A stretch of 64,000 nt of DNA, from assembly GCA_965267575.1 (NCBI GenBank), contig OZ254086.1:2528001-2592000 (forward strand). Reading direction: 5' to 3'. Of this stretch, positions 21,191-32,610 are shown piece after piece. This stretch comes from Calditrichales bacterium. Lineage in GTDB: Bacteria > Calditrichota > Calditrichia > Calditrichales > J004. Both the position numbers and the translations under genes were made by a program. The notes beneath the pieces are model-generated. The model saw only the letters and a list, made by a program, of their open reading frames with translations, was not told where the DNA came from and did not search any database. The first letter of the stretch is position 1. Each line of letters starts with the position of its first letter.

Positions 21191-21365
21191 GGTAAGGGGG
21201 AAAGTAATGGGGGCGCCAGGCGAGAATAGCAATGCCGGCCAAAGCTAATGTTTATATCTACTTTGTGAAAAAATAATTTTTAACTTGACATTTTAGCAGG
21301 GGGCTATATATTAGAGCTGTTAGGAAAGAGGGGAATAAAGTTGATTTTCATAAACCGGAGGTATT

Positions 21366-23629
21366 ATGAAAAATTTACTGTTGTTTCTCCTCGTGCTGCC
21401 CACTTGTTTTCTCCACTCCCAAACCTGGACAAATAACGGCCCCTTTGGCGCACGTATTACATCGTTTGCCGTTGATCCATCCGATTCGACGGTTTTATAT
21501 GCCGGCACGTATGGTACGGGCATATATAAATCGAGCGACGGCGGTAATAGCTGGTTTTTAGCAAACTCGGGTTTACCCCAATGGAATAATAGTGTTGTGG
21601 GATCACCCACAGAGCCCTCCTGGTGGTTTGGCGATTATTTCCCTGTTACGGAGATAGCCATTTCAGAAAACAATCCCAACCATATATATGCCGCAACCCG
21701 CGGCGGTGGTATCGCTTTTTCGTCCGATAGCGGCCAAAACTGGATAACAAAAAATGACGGCCTGCCGGACAGCGCTTACGTCTATTCTATATGGATCCAT
21801 CCTGAGAACCCGCAGAAAATACTTTGTGGTTTGTGGGAGGCGGAATACGGATTATACCGCAGTGTTAACGGAGGTGACAGCTGGACCACAGTTGAACAGG
21901 TTTACGATGGCAGTGAAAACGTAAATGATGTGCGCGAGATCTACCACGTACCGGCCAGCCGGACTCGATTTACGCAGGTCTGGCCCTATCGCTGTATGTG
22001 AGCGGGGACGGTGGCGTGAATTGGGAAAGAATATATTACGAAATGGGCTTTGACCGTCTTCTGGTTCCAAACATGAATGGCCTTCTGCTGGGCATAGTCG
22101 ATACCGGCTTCGAGGATAATCTGCTTATGCAGAGCACGGACGGCGGACGCACATGGGATCTGTTTCCCGACGAAACATTCTGGAACCGGGTTTCGGTGCT
22201 GGACATGGATAAAAATGGCCGTCTTTACGTCTTGCGCGAAAAAGAGACTATGCTGATGGTTAGTGACGATGGAGGAGAAACCTGGGATGCGCGGCTGTTG
22301 ATCTCGGACTACGGTACATTTCGTCTGGATTTTTTTTCGCTTCCACCTTTTGTGACCAGCCCGCATGCGCCGGAGACGATTTACATTGGCAGCCGCGCAG
22401 GCCTCTTTCGCAGCAAAGATAGCGGAAAAAGCTATAAACTACTCGAGAAGGGCATGATAAACACCTATATCAATGCTCTGGCGGTTAACCCAAAAAAACC
22501 TGGCGTTGCCTATGCCGGGGGCGAACACGGCCTGTGGAAGACAGAAGACAGCGGCCAAAGCTGGCAGCGATTGAGCCTGATGCATGTAAACGCTATCGCC
22601 ATTGACAAGAAACATCCCGATACCCTGTATATTGGCGGCGATAGCCTTCTGCGCAGTTTTGATGGCGCCCAAACATTTGACCTGCTCATGGCGGATGCCA
22701 TTATTACCGAGATTGAGGTTCATCCTGAATTTAAAAATACTATAGCAATAGGTTTTTATCCTTCGTCGGTCCTGCAGAGTTCAGATTTTGGGGCCAACTG
22801 GCTTACATCGTTTTCGGGTGGCCCTGCTTCGTTTAGAATAAAAGATATTGAGTTCAGTGAAGTTATAGATAGCGTTGCTTATTTTGGGACAGATTTTAAT
22901 CAGGACAACCATGGGCTTTATAAAAGCGTTGATCTTGGTGCAAGTTGGGATAAGAAAAGTGATCCTGGACTGGTTAAGTCCATCGTTTTGTCTACCAAAC
23001 AGCAGGGAACTATATATCTTAACACACCTTCGTCTGTAAAGATATCTACCAACGGCGGCGAGAACTTTTCGGTTGTTTTTGACTCACTTTCAAATCACAT
23101 ATCATCGCTGGCCGGTCATCGTCTCGACGACAACATATTACTAGCTTCAACCCGTGACCGTGGTGCCTTCGTTCTAAACGTTGATAAGAAAAGCCAGATG
23201 CATCTTGACGGTCCATACGATCCAAGGCTAACGCGCACGGAGGCTTTTTCCGGCAGCGACTATTACTTTGCCACACATGGCGCCGGCGTATGGCTGGGAC
23301 AGAACATTGTAAGTTCCGCTGCAAATCTACAGAAGCCCGCGTTCCTGCCAAAGTCATTTGAGATTGTGCAGAGTTACCCCAATCCCTTTAACGCGACAAC
23401 AGCAATTGTTTTAAAAACAGATCGTAACGTAATATTAGAAGCTACTATCTTTAATATACTCGGAAAGGAGGTGTTTCGCTTCGGAAAAAAACAATACACA
23501 GCCGGAGCACACCGGCTGGTATGGAATGGTATTAACAACAATGGAAAGGAGGTGAGTAGCGGCATATACACTATCGTTTTAACGAACGGCCGGCATAGCA
23601 CATCCCGCAAGTTAGTGTTGATTAAGTAG
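21366..23629 (+). pseudogene. BNR/VPS10-like beta-propeller secreted protein with sorting domain, one frameshift (real or sequencing error)
   Basis: Repeated SxDGGxxW Asp-boxes in both ORF halves; adding one G at about 21953 gives HVPGQPDSIYAGLALSLYVSGDGGVNW. Confidence 0.85.
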
Positions 23630-23699
23630 ACCGGTCAAACAGGAGAGAATGTATTGTAACAGGGACGTCATTTTTCATAATCCAAACAAGGAGATAGAA

Positions 23700-25705
23700 A
23701 TGAGGTTCTTGAGTTTTCTTGCGGTATTCTTAGTTATATGTAATTTAGTTTTTGCCGATCAAACCCTGAATGGGAAGCTATATCAGCAAGTTGATAATAA
23801 ATGGTATCAGGTCGAGAATGGAAACAGCTATCTTGTTGACGAAAACATAATTACCGTTAAGTTTAAATCTACAGCTTCATACTCCGCCAAAGCGAGCTTT
23901 AATTCTTCCCAGGGTACAACAACATTGCGTACCAACATTCTGGGCTACAGCGATTTACAGCTTTCACAAGGAGCTGATCCTTTGTCTATAGTGCAAAATT
24001 ATTTAAACAGTGATTTGGTTGATATAGCCGAAGTAAATACGATCGGTGAATATCACGGTACGCCCGACGATCCACGGTTTTCAGACCAATGGTATTTAGA
24101 TAACATTGATGATCATGACATTGATGCGCCAGAAGCATGGGACTATCAAACGGGCGATAGCGACATAATTGTGGCGATACTCGATAGCGGCACGGATATT
24201 CTTCATGAGGATCTCGAAGGAAATATTTGGGTAAATCCGGGCGAGGATACGGATGGCGACGGGGTCGTATGGGACAGTGATGATTTCAATGGCATTGATG
24301 ATGATGGAAACGGAAAGGTAGACGACGTAGTAGGATGGGATTTTTATAACGGCAATAAAGATGTCGAAGGTCCCTATTATCATGGAACACACGTTGCAGG
24401 TATAGCAGGCGCGCTGACCTATAATAATTTAGGTGTTTCAGGCGTGGCCGGTGGTTGGGATTCGCAAAGCTACTCTACACATATACCGGGAACATCTCTT
24501 ATCGTTGCCGGTGTGGGCGACAATTACCCAAGTAGCTCCATTTTGGATGATGCGATTTTATATGCCGCTCAGCAGGGTGCAGATATAATTCAGATGAGTC
24601 TCGCTGTTGGAAGTACATCTGCAATAGACGCAGCTCTTGAAAGTGCGTATGATACTTATGGTTGTTTTATAGACTGTTCTTCGGGAAACAATGGAAGCAG
24701 CACTGTTTCTTATCCAGCGCGCGATTCACATGTATTCGCTGTGGGTGCTACCACTCAAAGTGATCAGAAAGTATCGTGGTCAAACTATGGTGATGATCTC
24801 GATGCAGTTGCACCGGGAGTGGAGATATGGAGTACACGTAAAAACAATAGCTATGGCGTAGGAGATGGTACTTCTTATTCATCTCCACAAGTGCGGGAAT
24901 TGCCGCATTGCTTCTATCGGATAATAATGGTTATTCAAATGAAGATATTTGGGAAATAATAGCTGCCAGCTGCGAAAAAGTGGGCAACTATTCCTATGAC
25001 ACAAATCCATCCAAGCCCCATTCTTCTTGGCACAATCATATGGGATATGGTCGTGTTAATGCATTTTATGCGGTATCAGCTCCGTCTCAACCCACGAATT
25101 TTAGTGGGACAACCCAAAACAATCACCCTGAATTATCGTGGAACGCCAATAGCGAGCCAGATATAGACAACTATGAGATTTGGAAAAAAGAAAATACGGG
25201 TAGTTATTCCTTGTATGCGACAACAACTGATACTTATTATGTTGATACAAGTGAGGACGTAATAAGTCAGCCTGAAGCGAATGATAAAGACGTCTATTAT
25301 AAGGTCCGAGCTTCAGACGTATCGTCAAAAAAAAGCGCTTTTACGTCTGCAATACATTATCTCGTTAAAGGAGATCCAGCGTGGAGCAAAAACGCGAAAT
25401 CGGATGGGCAAAATATGACTATTTCGCGCTTTAGACTTGCAGCCAACCATCCCAACCCCTTCAACCCCACAACGCATATTAGCTATGCTTTGCCGGAAGC
25501 CAGCATAGTTACCCTGGAAGTGTTTGATGTCAGCGGGCGTAAGGTTTCCGTTCTGGTGAAGAAGTCGCAGGAGCAGGGCTGGCATTATGCCACTTTTGAC
25601 GGCGGCACGTTACCAAGCGGGATTTATGTTTACCGCATCAGCGCTACGGGCATGGAAAGCGGCAAGGGCTTTACGCAGGCCAAACGCATGCTTCTTGTAA
25701 AATAA
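23700..25705 (+). pseudogene. S8 subtilisin-like peptidase, FN3-like domain and sorting domain, one frameshift (real or sequencing error)
   Basis: Triad ILDSG / HGTHVAG / GTSYSSP; adding one G at about 24893 gives PQVAGIAALLLS and joins the two ORFs. Confidence 0.88.
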
Positions 25706-25972
25706 AAAACCTGTCTTTGGTAAAGGTCTTTTGGCAGAGGCCCAGAACCGCCGACAGGTTTATTAAGGCCCCCGGGTTTAGCCGGGGGCTTTTTTGTTTA
25801 CGGGAAATATAAGAGTTGCAGGAGAAAATAGAAAGATGTTGCGGGGGCTTTGGGCAGAGGTGACCGGTTGACTGGCAAGCCGCCCCTTCTCCACATCGTC
25901 ATCCTGAATTTATTTCAGGATCTTCTTCACGGGCCGGGCGGGATTCTGAAACGAGTTCAGAATGACGAAATG
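25443..25972 (+). repeat. Direct repeat copy 2
   Basis: Matches 20654-21190. Confidence 0.92.
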
Positions 25973-26021
25973 TGGCCTTTTTAGATAATGATTACGATTA
26001 TGAGAATGAAAAAGAGGATAT

Positions 26022-26050
26022 AAAAAAAAGCCCCGGCGAAACCGGGGCTT
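26022..26050 (-). terminator. Intrinsic terminator of the CHRD gene
   Basis: AAAAAAAAGCCCCGGCGAAACCGGGGCTT (hairpin plus U tract on the minus strand). Confidence 0.85.
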
Positions 26051-26068
26051 GTGTTTCTAACACGGTGG

Positions 26069-28627
26069 TTACTTAACCAACGTCATTTTCTTTGTTGTTG
26101 AACCGAACTCCGTTTGGATTTGGTAGAGATAAATCCCGGAGCTGGCTTTGTTGCCGTTGTTATCAACACCGTTCCAGGTGTAGGTGTGGGCACCGGCTTG
26201 CAGCGTTCCGTTAACCAGCGTGCGCACTTCGCGGCCCAGCAGGTCATAAATGCGTAGGGTAACCTCGCCGGCACGCTGCAGTTCAAAAGCGATCTGCGTG
26301 GACGGATTGAACGGATTGGGGTAGTTCTGATGCAGCGTGAAATCGCGCAGCTGCGTCGTCATGCCCGAACCAATCGATGTGGGCGATGTGTTGATCTCAG
26401 AGGTAATCACGCCTTCGGAGATCGCTTCGCCGTTGTCTTCCGTTGTCACGCGGATGGAAAGGTTTTCATTGTAAAGATCGCCGTAATTGGCGGCGGCGAA
26501 AGAGCTTTCGGAATCATCTCCGAATTCTCCGCGGGCGCTGCCATGTTCGTCTTCATAGGAATCACTGTACAGCTCAGAACCACCGTTATCAACAATCTTA
26601 ACCTGGTCGATTTGGCCATCGGCACCTTGCGATGTCAGGTTATAGGTCAGACCGGACTGGTTCAGGTTTAATGCCGCCGCACCAACGATGTCATCACTGA
26701 CGCCATCATTAAGTCCGCGCAGTTGCGCCAGGAAACCGACACCGCCGCTCAGACACACTTGCCCGCGGATCTCGCCGCCGGGATAGGTGGAAGTGTGGAC
26801 ATTGATATAGATGTCACCGGCCACCAGTGCGGCGCGCAGCTCTGCATCCAGCGACTCGCTATCGGATGGCTGCCAGACACCTGTTACCGTATTGCCGCTA
26901 AAATTAATCGTTTTTACAACGCCACCGTTCTGACCAATCGGCGCGCGGTGAAAATGGGCTGCCGCGACAGGGGCCGTCAGGCTGTCAACGGTGATTGAAT
27001 AGGTTAAACCGGACTTGGTCAGCATCATCGATGCCGTGCCCATGCCGTTGGACTGAACGCCGGCCTGCTCTTGTGCCGCCGTCAGTTTGGCGGAGAGCTC
27101 TGCGCCGGAGTTGGGTATCACCTGGCCGCGGATTTCGCCGCCGGGATGCTCAGCCGTATGGACATTCACGTAGAGCTCGCCTTTCAGTAGCATCTGCATC
27201 GCTTCGCTGTCCAGGCCGTCATCGCCGCTCATACTCCAAATGCCAATAGCGGTCGTACCGTCAAAGCTGATTCCTTTTACGACTCCGCCGTTTTCACCGA
27301 TGGCTCCGCTGTGGAAGTGGGCCGCGATTACAGGTCCTGTCAGGTCGTCCACTGTGATGGAATAAGCCAGTCCGGTCGGGGTCATATAAAAGGTGCCCGT
27401 ACCCATGCCCGGCACGTCGTTGCCGCCCTGCGCGCCCGTCAGTTGGCTGCTAAGCGTTGTACCCGGAGTGTGGCGCACTTGTCCGCGCACCTCGCCGCCG
27501 GGGTATTGTGCCGTATGCACGTTGATATAGATGTTACCTGTAAAAAGCTCGCGCACCATGTCGCGTGTCAGCGGCTGTTCGGCGTCATCAAAGCGCCAGG
27601 TGCCGCTGGCCGTCGTGCCGTCAAACGGGATGTCTCTGACTACGGGGCCATTTGTGCCTTCGGCCGCATTGTGAAAGTGCGCCGCGGCGATGTCACCGGT
27701 CAGACTGTCCACCGTAATGTGGTAAACCAAGCCGTTTGGGGTGAATGTGATACTGGCCGTACCGCGTCCTTTGCTTTCCACATCTTCTGTTTCCTGCTCA
27801 GCGTCCAGCAGTGCGGAAAAGCCCCAGCCACCGGCGGGAAATACCTGTCCGCGCAGTTCACCGGCAGGGAAGTTTGATGTGTGCACATTGATGTAAAGGC
27901 CGCCCGTGTACAATTCGTCGATCAGCTCATCAGTGAGCGGCTCGTCGTCGCCGGCGGTCCAAACACCAAGCGCCGTGCCATTCATAAAACCGGAAATGGT
28001 TCGTACGACACCGCCATTCAATCCGGCCCGGCCATTGTGAAAATGCGCGGCCGCGATCGATGCGCTTAGATCACTGACGGTAAGGGCGAAAACCAGGCCC
28101 TGGTCGGTCAGCGTCATGGCTGCTGTACCGGCGCCTTCACTTGTTACATCGTGGGTCTCCTGCTCCGGAGTTAGTTTTGCCGTAAAGCCGCTGCCGGAAG
28201 CAAGCTTCACCTGTCCGCGCAGTTCGCCCGCCGGAAAGGAATCGGTATGCACATTGATGTACAGTTCGCCTTTTAGCAGGCTCTGGCGCAACTCGTCGGT
28301 CAGCGGTTCGTCGTCGGAAGCGGTCCACATGCCGCGGGCGATGTTACCGTTAAAATCCGCCGTAAGCGTGCGTACCACGCCACCGTTAACGCCTGTCGGC
28401 CCGCTGTGAAAATGCGCGGCCACGAAGTTGCCTTCCAGGTCGTCGATAGCAATCAGGAATGAAAGTCCTTCTTCATTTAGCAGCATCGCCGCCGTGCCGC
28501 TGGCATCGGAGTCCACATCGTGTGTCTCCTGCTGCGGCGTCAGCGATGCCGTAAAGAGGGTTTGCGCCGACAGGCCGCTAAAGGCCAGCAACGCAAACAA
28601 AAGTATCCATTTATATAAACGTGTCAT
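26069..28627 (-). CDS. Secreted multi-CHRD-domain protein with sorting domain
   Basis: Five repeats of AAHFH...NGxVV...YINVHT..(F/Y/H)PxGE.RGQV plus a degenerate sixth; NYPNPFNP tail. Confidence 0.9.
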   Translation of the reverse strand: MTRLYKWILLFALLAFSGLSAQTLFTASLTPQQETHDVDSDASGTAAMLLNEEGLSFLIAIDDLEGNFVAAHFHSGPTGVNGGVVRTLTADFNGNIARGMWTASDDEPLTDELRQSLLKGELYINVHTDSFPAGELRGQVKLASGSGFTAKLTPEQETHDVTSEGAGTAAMTLTDQGLVFALTVSDLSASIAAAHFHNGRAGLNGGVVRTISGFMNGTALGVWTAGDDEPLTDELIDELYTGGLYINVHTSNFPAGELRGQVFPAGGWGFSALLDAEQETEDVESKGRGTASITFTPNGLVYHITVDSLTGDIAAAHFHNAAEGTNGPVVRDIPFDGTTASGTWRFDDAEQPLTRDMVRELFTGNIYINVHTAQYPGGEVRGQVRHTPGTTLSSQLTGAQGGNDVPGMGTGTFYMTPTGLAYSITVDDLTGPVIAAHFHSGAIGENGGVVKGISFDGTTAIGIWSMSGDDGLDSEAMQMLLKGELYVNVHTAEHPGGEIRGQVIPNSGAELSAKLTAAQEQAGVQSNGMGTASMMLTKSGLTYSITVDSLTAPVAAAHFHRAPIGQNGGVVKTINFSGNTVTGVWQPSDSESLDAELRAALVAGDIYINVHTSTYPGGEIRGQVCLSGGVGFLAQLRGLNDGVSDDIVGAAALNLNQSGLTYNLTSQGADGQIDQVKIVDNGGSELYSDSYEDEHGSARGEFGDDSESSFAAANYGDLYNENLSIRVTTEDNGEAISEGVITSEINTSPTSIGSGMTTQLRDFTLHQNYPNPFNPSTQIAFELQRAGEVTLRIYDLLGREVRTLVNGTLQAGAHTYTWNGVDNNGNKASSGIYLYQIQTEFGSTTKKMTLVK

Positions 28628-28832
28628 AAAACCTCCTTCAGGTTTTGGTTGGGACTGCCGCTTTTTAATACAACATTCACGCCAGCGGTCAAAAAGCGGT
28701 AAATCACGTGACAGGCATCAAAACAGGTGGGTTGAATGAGTGCTGGTAGCGGCAGCAAAGTGCATGTTATGCGCAGGGCAGGTAATGATTTGCACCGGGC
28801 CAGGTGACGAAGTGACGGGGTGACAGCGAGTT

Positions 28833-29092
28833 GTATCATCCCGGCCTGTCCCGATGTTTTTTATCGGGGTTGGCCGTATTTTGCCACACCGGGATCTCCA
28901 CCTTGGATCAGGAAGGGGCCCCGGCGCGGAGGCCGGGGTGACAGGTGAAACGGTATCATCCCGGATGGCATTGTTTTGCAACGCCGGGATCTGCCGCAAT
29001 ACAAAACTTGCCATCTTGAATCTCCGAAGGGGAGAGAGAGCCGGGATACTGGTCATACCCGGATCTCCGGCATGCGCCGTTCGGGATGACAG
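28833..29092. repeat. REP-like palindrome cluster
   Basis: TCATCCCGGCCTGTCCCGATG...GGCCCCGGCGCGGAGGCCGGGGTGACAG and GATCTCCGGCATGCGCCGTTCGGGATGACA units that recur elsewhere. Confidence 0.8.
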
Positions 29093-29146
29093 CCAGATGG
29101 CCTTTTCTATTTTAAAAAGGGAGCAGTAAGGGGATGGGTTTCCCCG

Positions 29147-29240
29147 ATCATGATCAAGAGCATGATCACGATCAAGATCAAGATTACCTGAACACCTGAA
29201 AACTTGAACCCGCACTCTAACACGCTAACACCTTAACACC
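29147..29240. repeat. Hexamer (GATCAT-like) plus octamer (CCTGAACA/CCTTAACA-like) tandem microrepeats
   Basis: Same two-part arrangement as 50431-50540. Confidence 0.7.
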
Positions 29241-29249
29241 CCGGCACGT

Positions 29250-30578
29250 TTACAACGCATACATCTTGCCCTCTTCCGGCAGCAGCACCTTCGTGTCCGG
29301 GAGTTTGTCGCGAAGGCCGCGTTGCAGGCTCTCATAAGCTTCCGCTTCGCCGTGGAAGAGGATGACCGTGCGCGGTTGCATCTGTTCGGCCAGCTGCAGT
29401 AGCTCCGCACGGCTGGCGTGAGCGGAGAAGTTGAACGAGGCCAGCTTGCAACCGCTGAGCATGGTGCCCGTACCGTTGGCCCCAAATTGTTCCAGCGCCT
29501 TCTCGCGCAACGCGTGGCCCGGGCTCTCCGGCGACACGTAGCCCACGAAAGCGATCCCGTTCTTGGGGTCGTCCATAAAATTCTGGGCCAGCTCATAGGA
29601 AAAAGTCTGCGGCAGCATCATGCCGCTGGTGGCCAGAATGATCGCAGGACCCTGCATCTTCTGGCGCCGCATCATGTGTTCGGCCATGGGACGCAGCTTC
29701 ACGTCCGGGTAACGGCGTTCATAATAATTTATAAGGCGATCGTAAATTTTGGTAAAGCGCGTGCCCATGCCAGTAATGTAGACGGGCACATTGGGTATGG
29801 TGCCGCGGCGTTTGAGCATGCCCACGGTCATCAGAACTTCCTGCGTGCGGCCCAGCGCGAAGACCGGCGCCAGTACCACACCATTGACGCTCAGCCGCTC
29901 GGAGAGGAAATCGGCGAAGCGCTTTTTCTCTTCATCGTAAGTGGGCGTTGCGTCATCGGCGCCATAGGTGCTTTCCAGGATCAGCGTATCGACCGGCTGT
30001 TTGGGAAAACGCGCGCCCTTGAGAATGCTTTGGCCGGAGAGCTTGAAGTTGCCGCTGTAGAAGACGCTGCGCCGGCCCTTTTGCAGCAGCACGCCCGCCG
30101 AACCGAGAATATGCCCGGCATCCCAGAAGCTGATATCTACCGGCGGCTCGGGGTCCACGTGGACGCGGAAGGCCTTTTTGAGCGGCATGGCCTGGAACAT
30201 ATAAAACATCATATCCAGGTCGTCCATGTTGTAGACGGGTTTGTCATTATCGGAGAGGGCCTTTTTCTCGCGCAGGCGCAGGCTGTGCAGCAGCATTTTT
30301 TCGGAGAGCGCGATACTGGGATAGGTCATATAAACCCGTGTTTTGGGAAAGCGCAAAATCAGCTCGGGCAGGGCGCCGACGTGGTCCATGTGGGCGTGGG
30401 TGATCAGCGCGGCATGTGGCGCGGCAGGTACAAGATCGATCTTGGCCACGCTTTGCCCGGGATTCTGCACATCCATTCCGGCATCGAGCACGAAGCCGTC
30501 GCCGTCAAAATCCAGCCAGTGCAGGCTGCCGTCGATGCCCTGAACGCCGCTTACGGCCATGTAGTTTATCTGTGACAT
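29250..30578 (-). CDS. MBL-fold beta-CASP ribonuclease (YSH1-like)
   Basis: THAHMDHVG, AGHILGSA, ESTYG, PVFALGRTQE, FSAHA, FHGE. Confidence 0.9.
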   Translation of the reverse strand: MSQINYMAVSGVQGIDGSLHWLDFDGDGFVLDAGMDVQNPGQSVAKIDLVPAAPHAALITHAHMDHVGALPELILRFPKTRVYMTYPSIALSEKMLLHSLRLREKKALSDNDKPVYNMDDLDMMFYMFQAMPLKKAFRVHVDPEPPVDISFWDAGHILGSAGVLLQKGRRSVFYSGNFKLSGQSILKGARFPKQPVDTLILESTYGADDATPTYDEEKKRFADFLSERLSVNGVVLAPVFALGRTQEVLMTVGMLKRRGTIPNVPVYITGMGTRFTKIYDRLINYYERRYPDVKLRPMAEHMMRRQKMQGPAIILATSGMMLPQTFSYELAQNFMDDPKNGIAFVGYVSPESPGHALREKALEQFGANGTGTMLSGCKLASFNFSAHASRAELLQLAEQMQPRTVILFHGEAEAYESLQRGLRDKLPDTKVLLPEEGKMYAL

Positions 30579-30665
30579 AGAGAGTGTGAACGCAGTGCCC
30601 CGTTTTAATAGTCCGCGCGTAAGATAGGGAATAATGTGTGTTGAATCCCAACCGATCAGTAAGCG

Positions 30666-30752
30666 TTGTCATCTCGAATCCCCGGCAGGGGTGAGAGATC
30701 CTGGAGGCCGCGCGTGCCATGATCTCTCCGGCGTGCGCCGTTCGAGATGACA
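30666..30752. repeat. REP-like inverted pair
   Basis: TGTCATCTCGAA...GAGAGATC / GATCTCTC...TTCGAGATGACA. Confidence 0.8.
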
Positions 30753-30828
30753 CATGCACCGTGCCCCGCACAGACGTCTTGTAACTTTTCTAACTCAAAT
30801 CCATATTATGGTCGAAACAAGGATGGTT

Positions 30829-31317
30829 ATGACCGATTTTCATCAGCTCTATACCCGCTATGCCGGGGACATTTACCGCTTCGCGCTGTTTTTGTGCGGC
30901 AACAGGATGGACGCGGAAGATATTACCGCGGAAACATTCGCCCGCGCGTTAACTGGGAAAGCGCCTTTGCTATCGGCGACGGTTAAAGGCTATCTGCTCA
31001 CCATCGCGCGTAACCTTTATCTGGAATCGCTGCGACGCAAAAAGCGCCTTTCCCAGCTGCCACCGGAGTTGGAGGACAGAGGGCCGCAGCCGGACAATAC
31101 GGTCAGCCATAAGACCGAATTGGAGGCGCTGCAGGCCTATCTGCAGACCTTCCCCGAGGTGGACCGGGCGGCGCTGTTGTTGCGCGCGGACGGCGTGACA
31201 TATGTGGAAATCGCAAAAGCTCTCGATATCTCGCTGGCGGCGGCCAAAGTTAAGGTGCACCGGCTGCGGCTGAAGCTGGCCGGGTGGAGGGCCAATCGTG
31301 AAATGAAAGAAGAATAA
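30829..31317 (+). CDS. ECF RNA polymerase sigma factor
   Basis: DAEDITAETF, YLLTIARN, TYVEIAKALDISLAAAKVKVHR; start placed behind AAGGA. Confidence 0.9.
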   Translation: MTDFHQLYTRYAGDIYRFALFLCGNRMDAEDITAETFARALTGKAPLLSATVKGYLLTIARNLYLESLRRKKRLSQLPPELEDRGPQPDNTVSHKTELEALQAYLQTFPEVDRAALLLRADGVTYVEIAKALDISLAAAKVKVHRLRLKLAGWRANREMKEE

Positions 31318-31322
31318 AACCA

Positions 31323-32108
31323 ATGGAGATAAAAATGGAATCCGTTCCAAGAAATGTAATTCTTGACTTGCTGCCGGCCTATATCGCCGGTGAAGCCAGC
31401 GCGGAGTCGCGCGCCCTGGTGGAGGCGTTCGCCAAAGACGACCCGCAGATTGCCGCAATGATCAACTCCGGTAAACTGGACCCGGCGCTGATGCCGGAGA
31501 AACCGGCCGCGCCGGATGACCTGGAAATGAAGACGATGAAACGCGTGCGCCGCAGCATCCGCCGCCGGATGTGGTTTGTGGGGCTGGCAACGGCGGCCAT
31601 CCTGATGATACCGTTTACGGCGATGCAGTTCAGCGGTGAAGTGAACTGGACGGCGTTCGATTTCATCGTTGCTGCTGTTCTTTTGCTGGGTACAGGTTTT
31701 ACCTATGTGCTGATATCACGTCTTTCGGACAATTATTCCTACCGGCTTGCGGTGGGCATTGCCGTGTTGACCGGCCTGCTGCTGGCCTGGGTAAATCTCG
31801 CCGTGGGCATCATCGGCGCGGAAGACAACCCGGCTAATACGTTGTACTTCGCGGTTCTGCTCATCGGCATCATCGGTGCGGTGATAGCGCGCCTGCAGCC
31901 ACGGGGCATGTCCAACGCGTTGTTTGCCACTGCCGGCGCACAGTTCCTCGTCCCGCTCATCGCCATGCTCATCTGGCGGCCTTCTCTGGAAAACCCACCG
32001 GGCATCATCGGCGTCTTCATGCTGAGCGCCTTTTTTGCCTTGTTGTTTGCCGTATCCGGTCTGCTGTTCCGCAAAGCCGCGGGAAGAGGTGACGGGGTAA
32101 CGGGGTGA
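31323..32108 (+). CDS. Putative membrane anti-sigma factor (degenerate zf-HC2-like N-terminus, several TM helices)
   Basis: VILDLLPAYIAGEASAESRALVE immediately after the ECF gene; hydrophobic C-terminal half. Confidence 0.7.
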   Translation: MEIKMESVPRNVILDLLPAYIAGEASAESRALVEAFAKDDPQIAAMINSGKLDPALMPEKPAAPDDLEMKTMKRVRRSIRRRMWFVGLATAAILMIPFTAMQFSGEVNWTAFDFIVAAVLLLGTGFTYVLISRLSDNYSYRLAVGIAVLTGLLLAWVNLAVGIIGAEDNPANTLYFAVLLIGIIGAVIARLQPRGMSNALFATAGAQFLVPLIAMLIWRPSLENPPGIIGVFMLSAFFALLFAVSGLLFRKAAGRGDGVTG

Positions 32109-32123
32109 CCGGGTGACCATGTA

Positions 32124-32551
32124 TTGTCATCCCGGCCTGTCCCGATGTGTTTTATCGGGGTTGGCATCTTTCTGCCACACCGGGATTCACTGCCTCGATT
32201 GGAAAAGACCCCGGCGCAAGGGCCGGGGTGACAGGCCAGGAGACGGTCATCCCGGTTGGCATTGTTTCGCCACACCGGGATCTTTGCCGGGAGCGGATGC
32301 AGACCCCGTCGCGGAGGCCTGGGTGAAATTTGGGGCTGTTGTCATCTCGAATCTCCGAAGGAGTGAGAGATCTAGGGTTTCGCAAACTCCCAGATCTCTC
32401 CGGCATACGCCGTTCGAGATGACAGGGGGCATGGCTGGGAATCAGGAAGGGGCCCCGGCGCCAAGGCCGGGGTGACAGGGTCGGGTTGTCTTTACTCCCG
32501 TGGCGCTATATTTTTGCCGATAGCGTTAACCCATGACTTCAGTCATGGGCT
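32124..32551. repeat. Composite REP-like cluster
   Basis: Same units as 28833-29092 and 30666-30752, plus AACCCATGACTTCAGTCATGGG hairpin. Confidence 0.8.
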
Positions 32552-32610
32552 GCGCCGGCAAACCAAAACCTGAACCGATTCATCGGTTTCCCATTTAAAA
32601 CACCAACCCC

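Noticed and set aside
28624..29215. ORFs 28718-29215, 28854-29129 and similar ones at 32113-32475, 42433-42624 and 43083-43268
   Set aside because: They are translations of REP and microrepeat DNA with no protein-like features.
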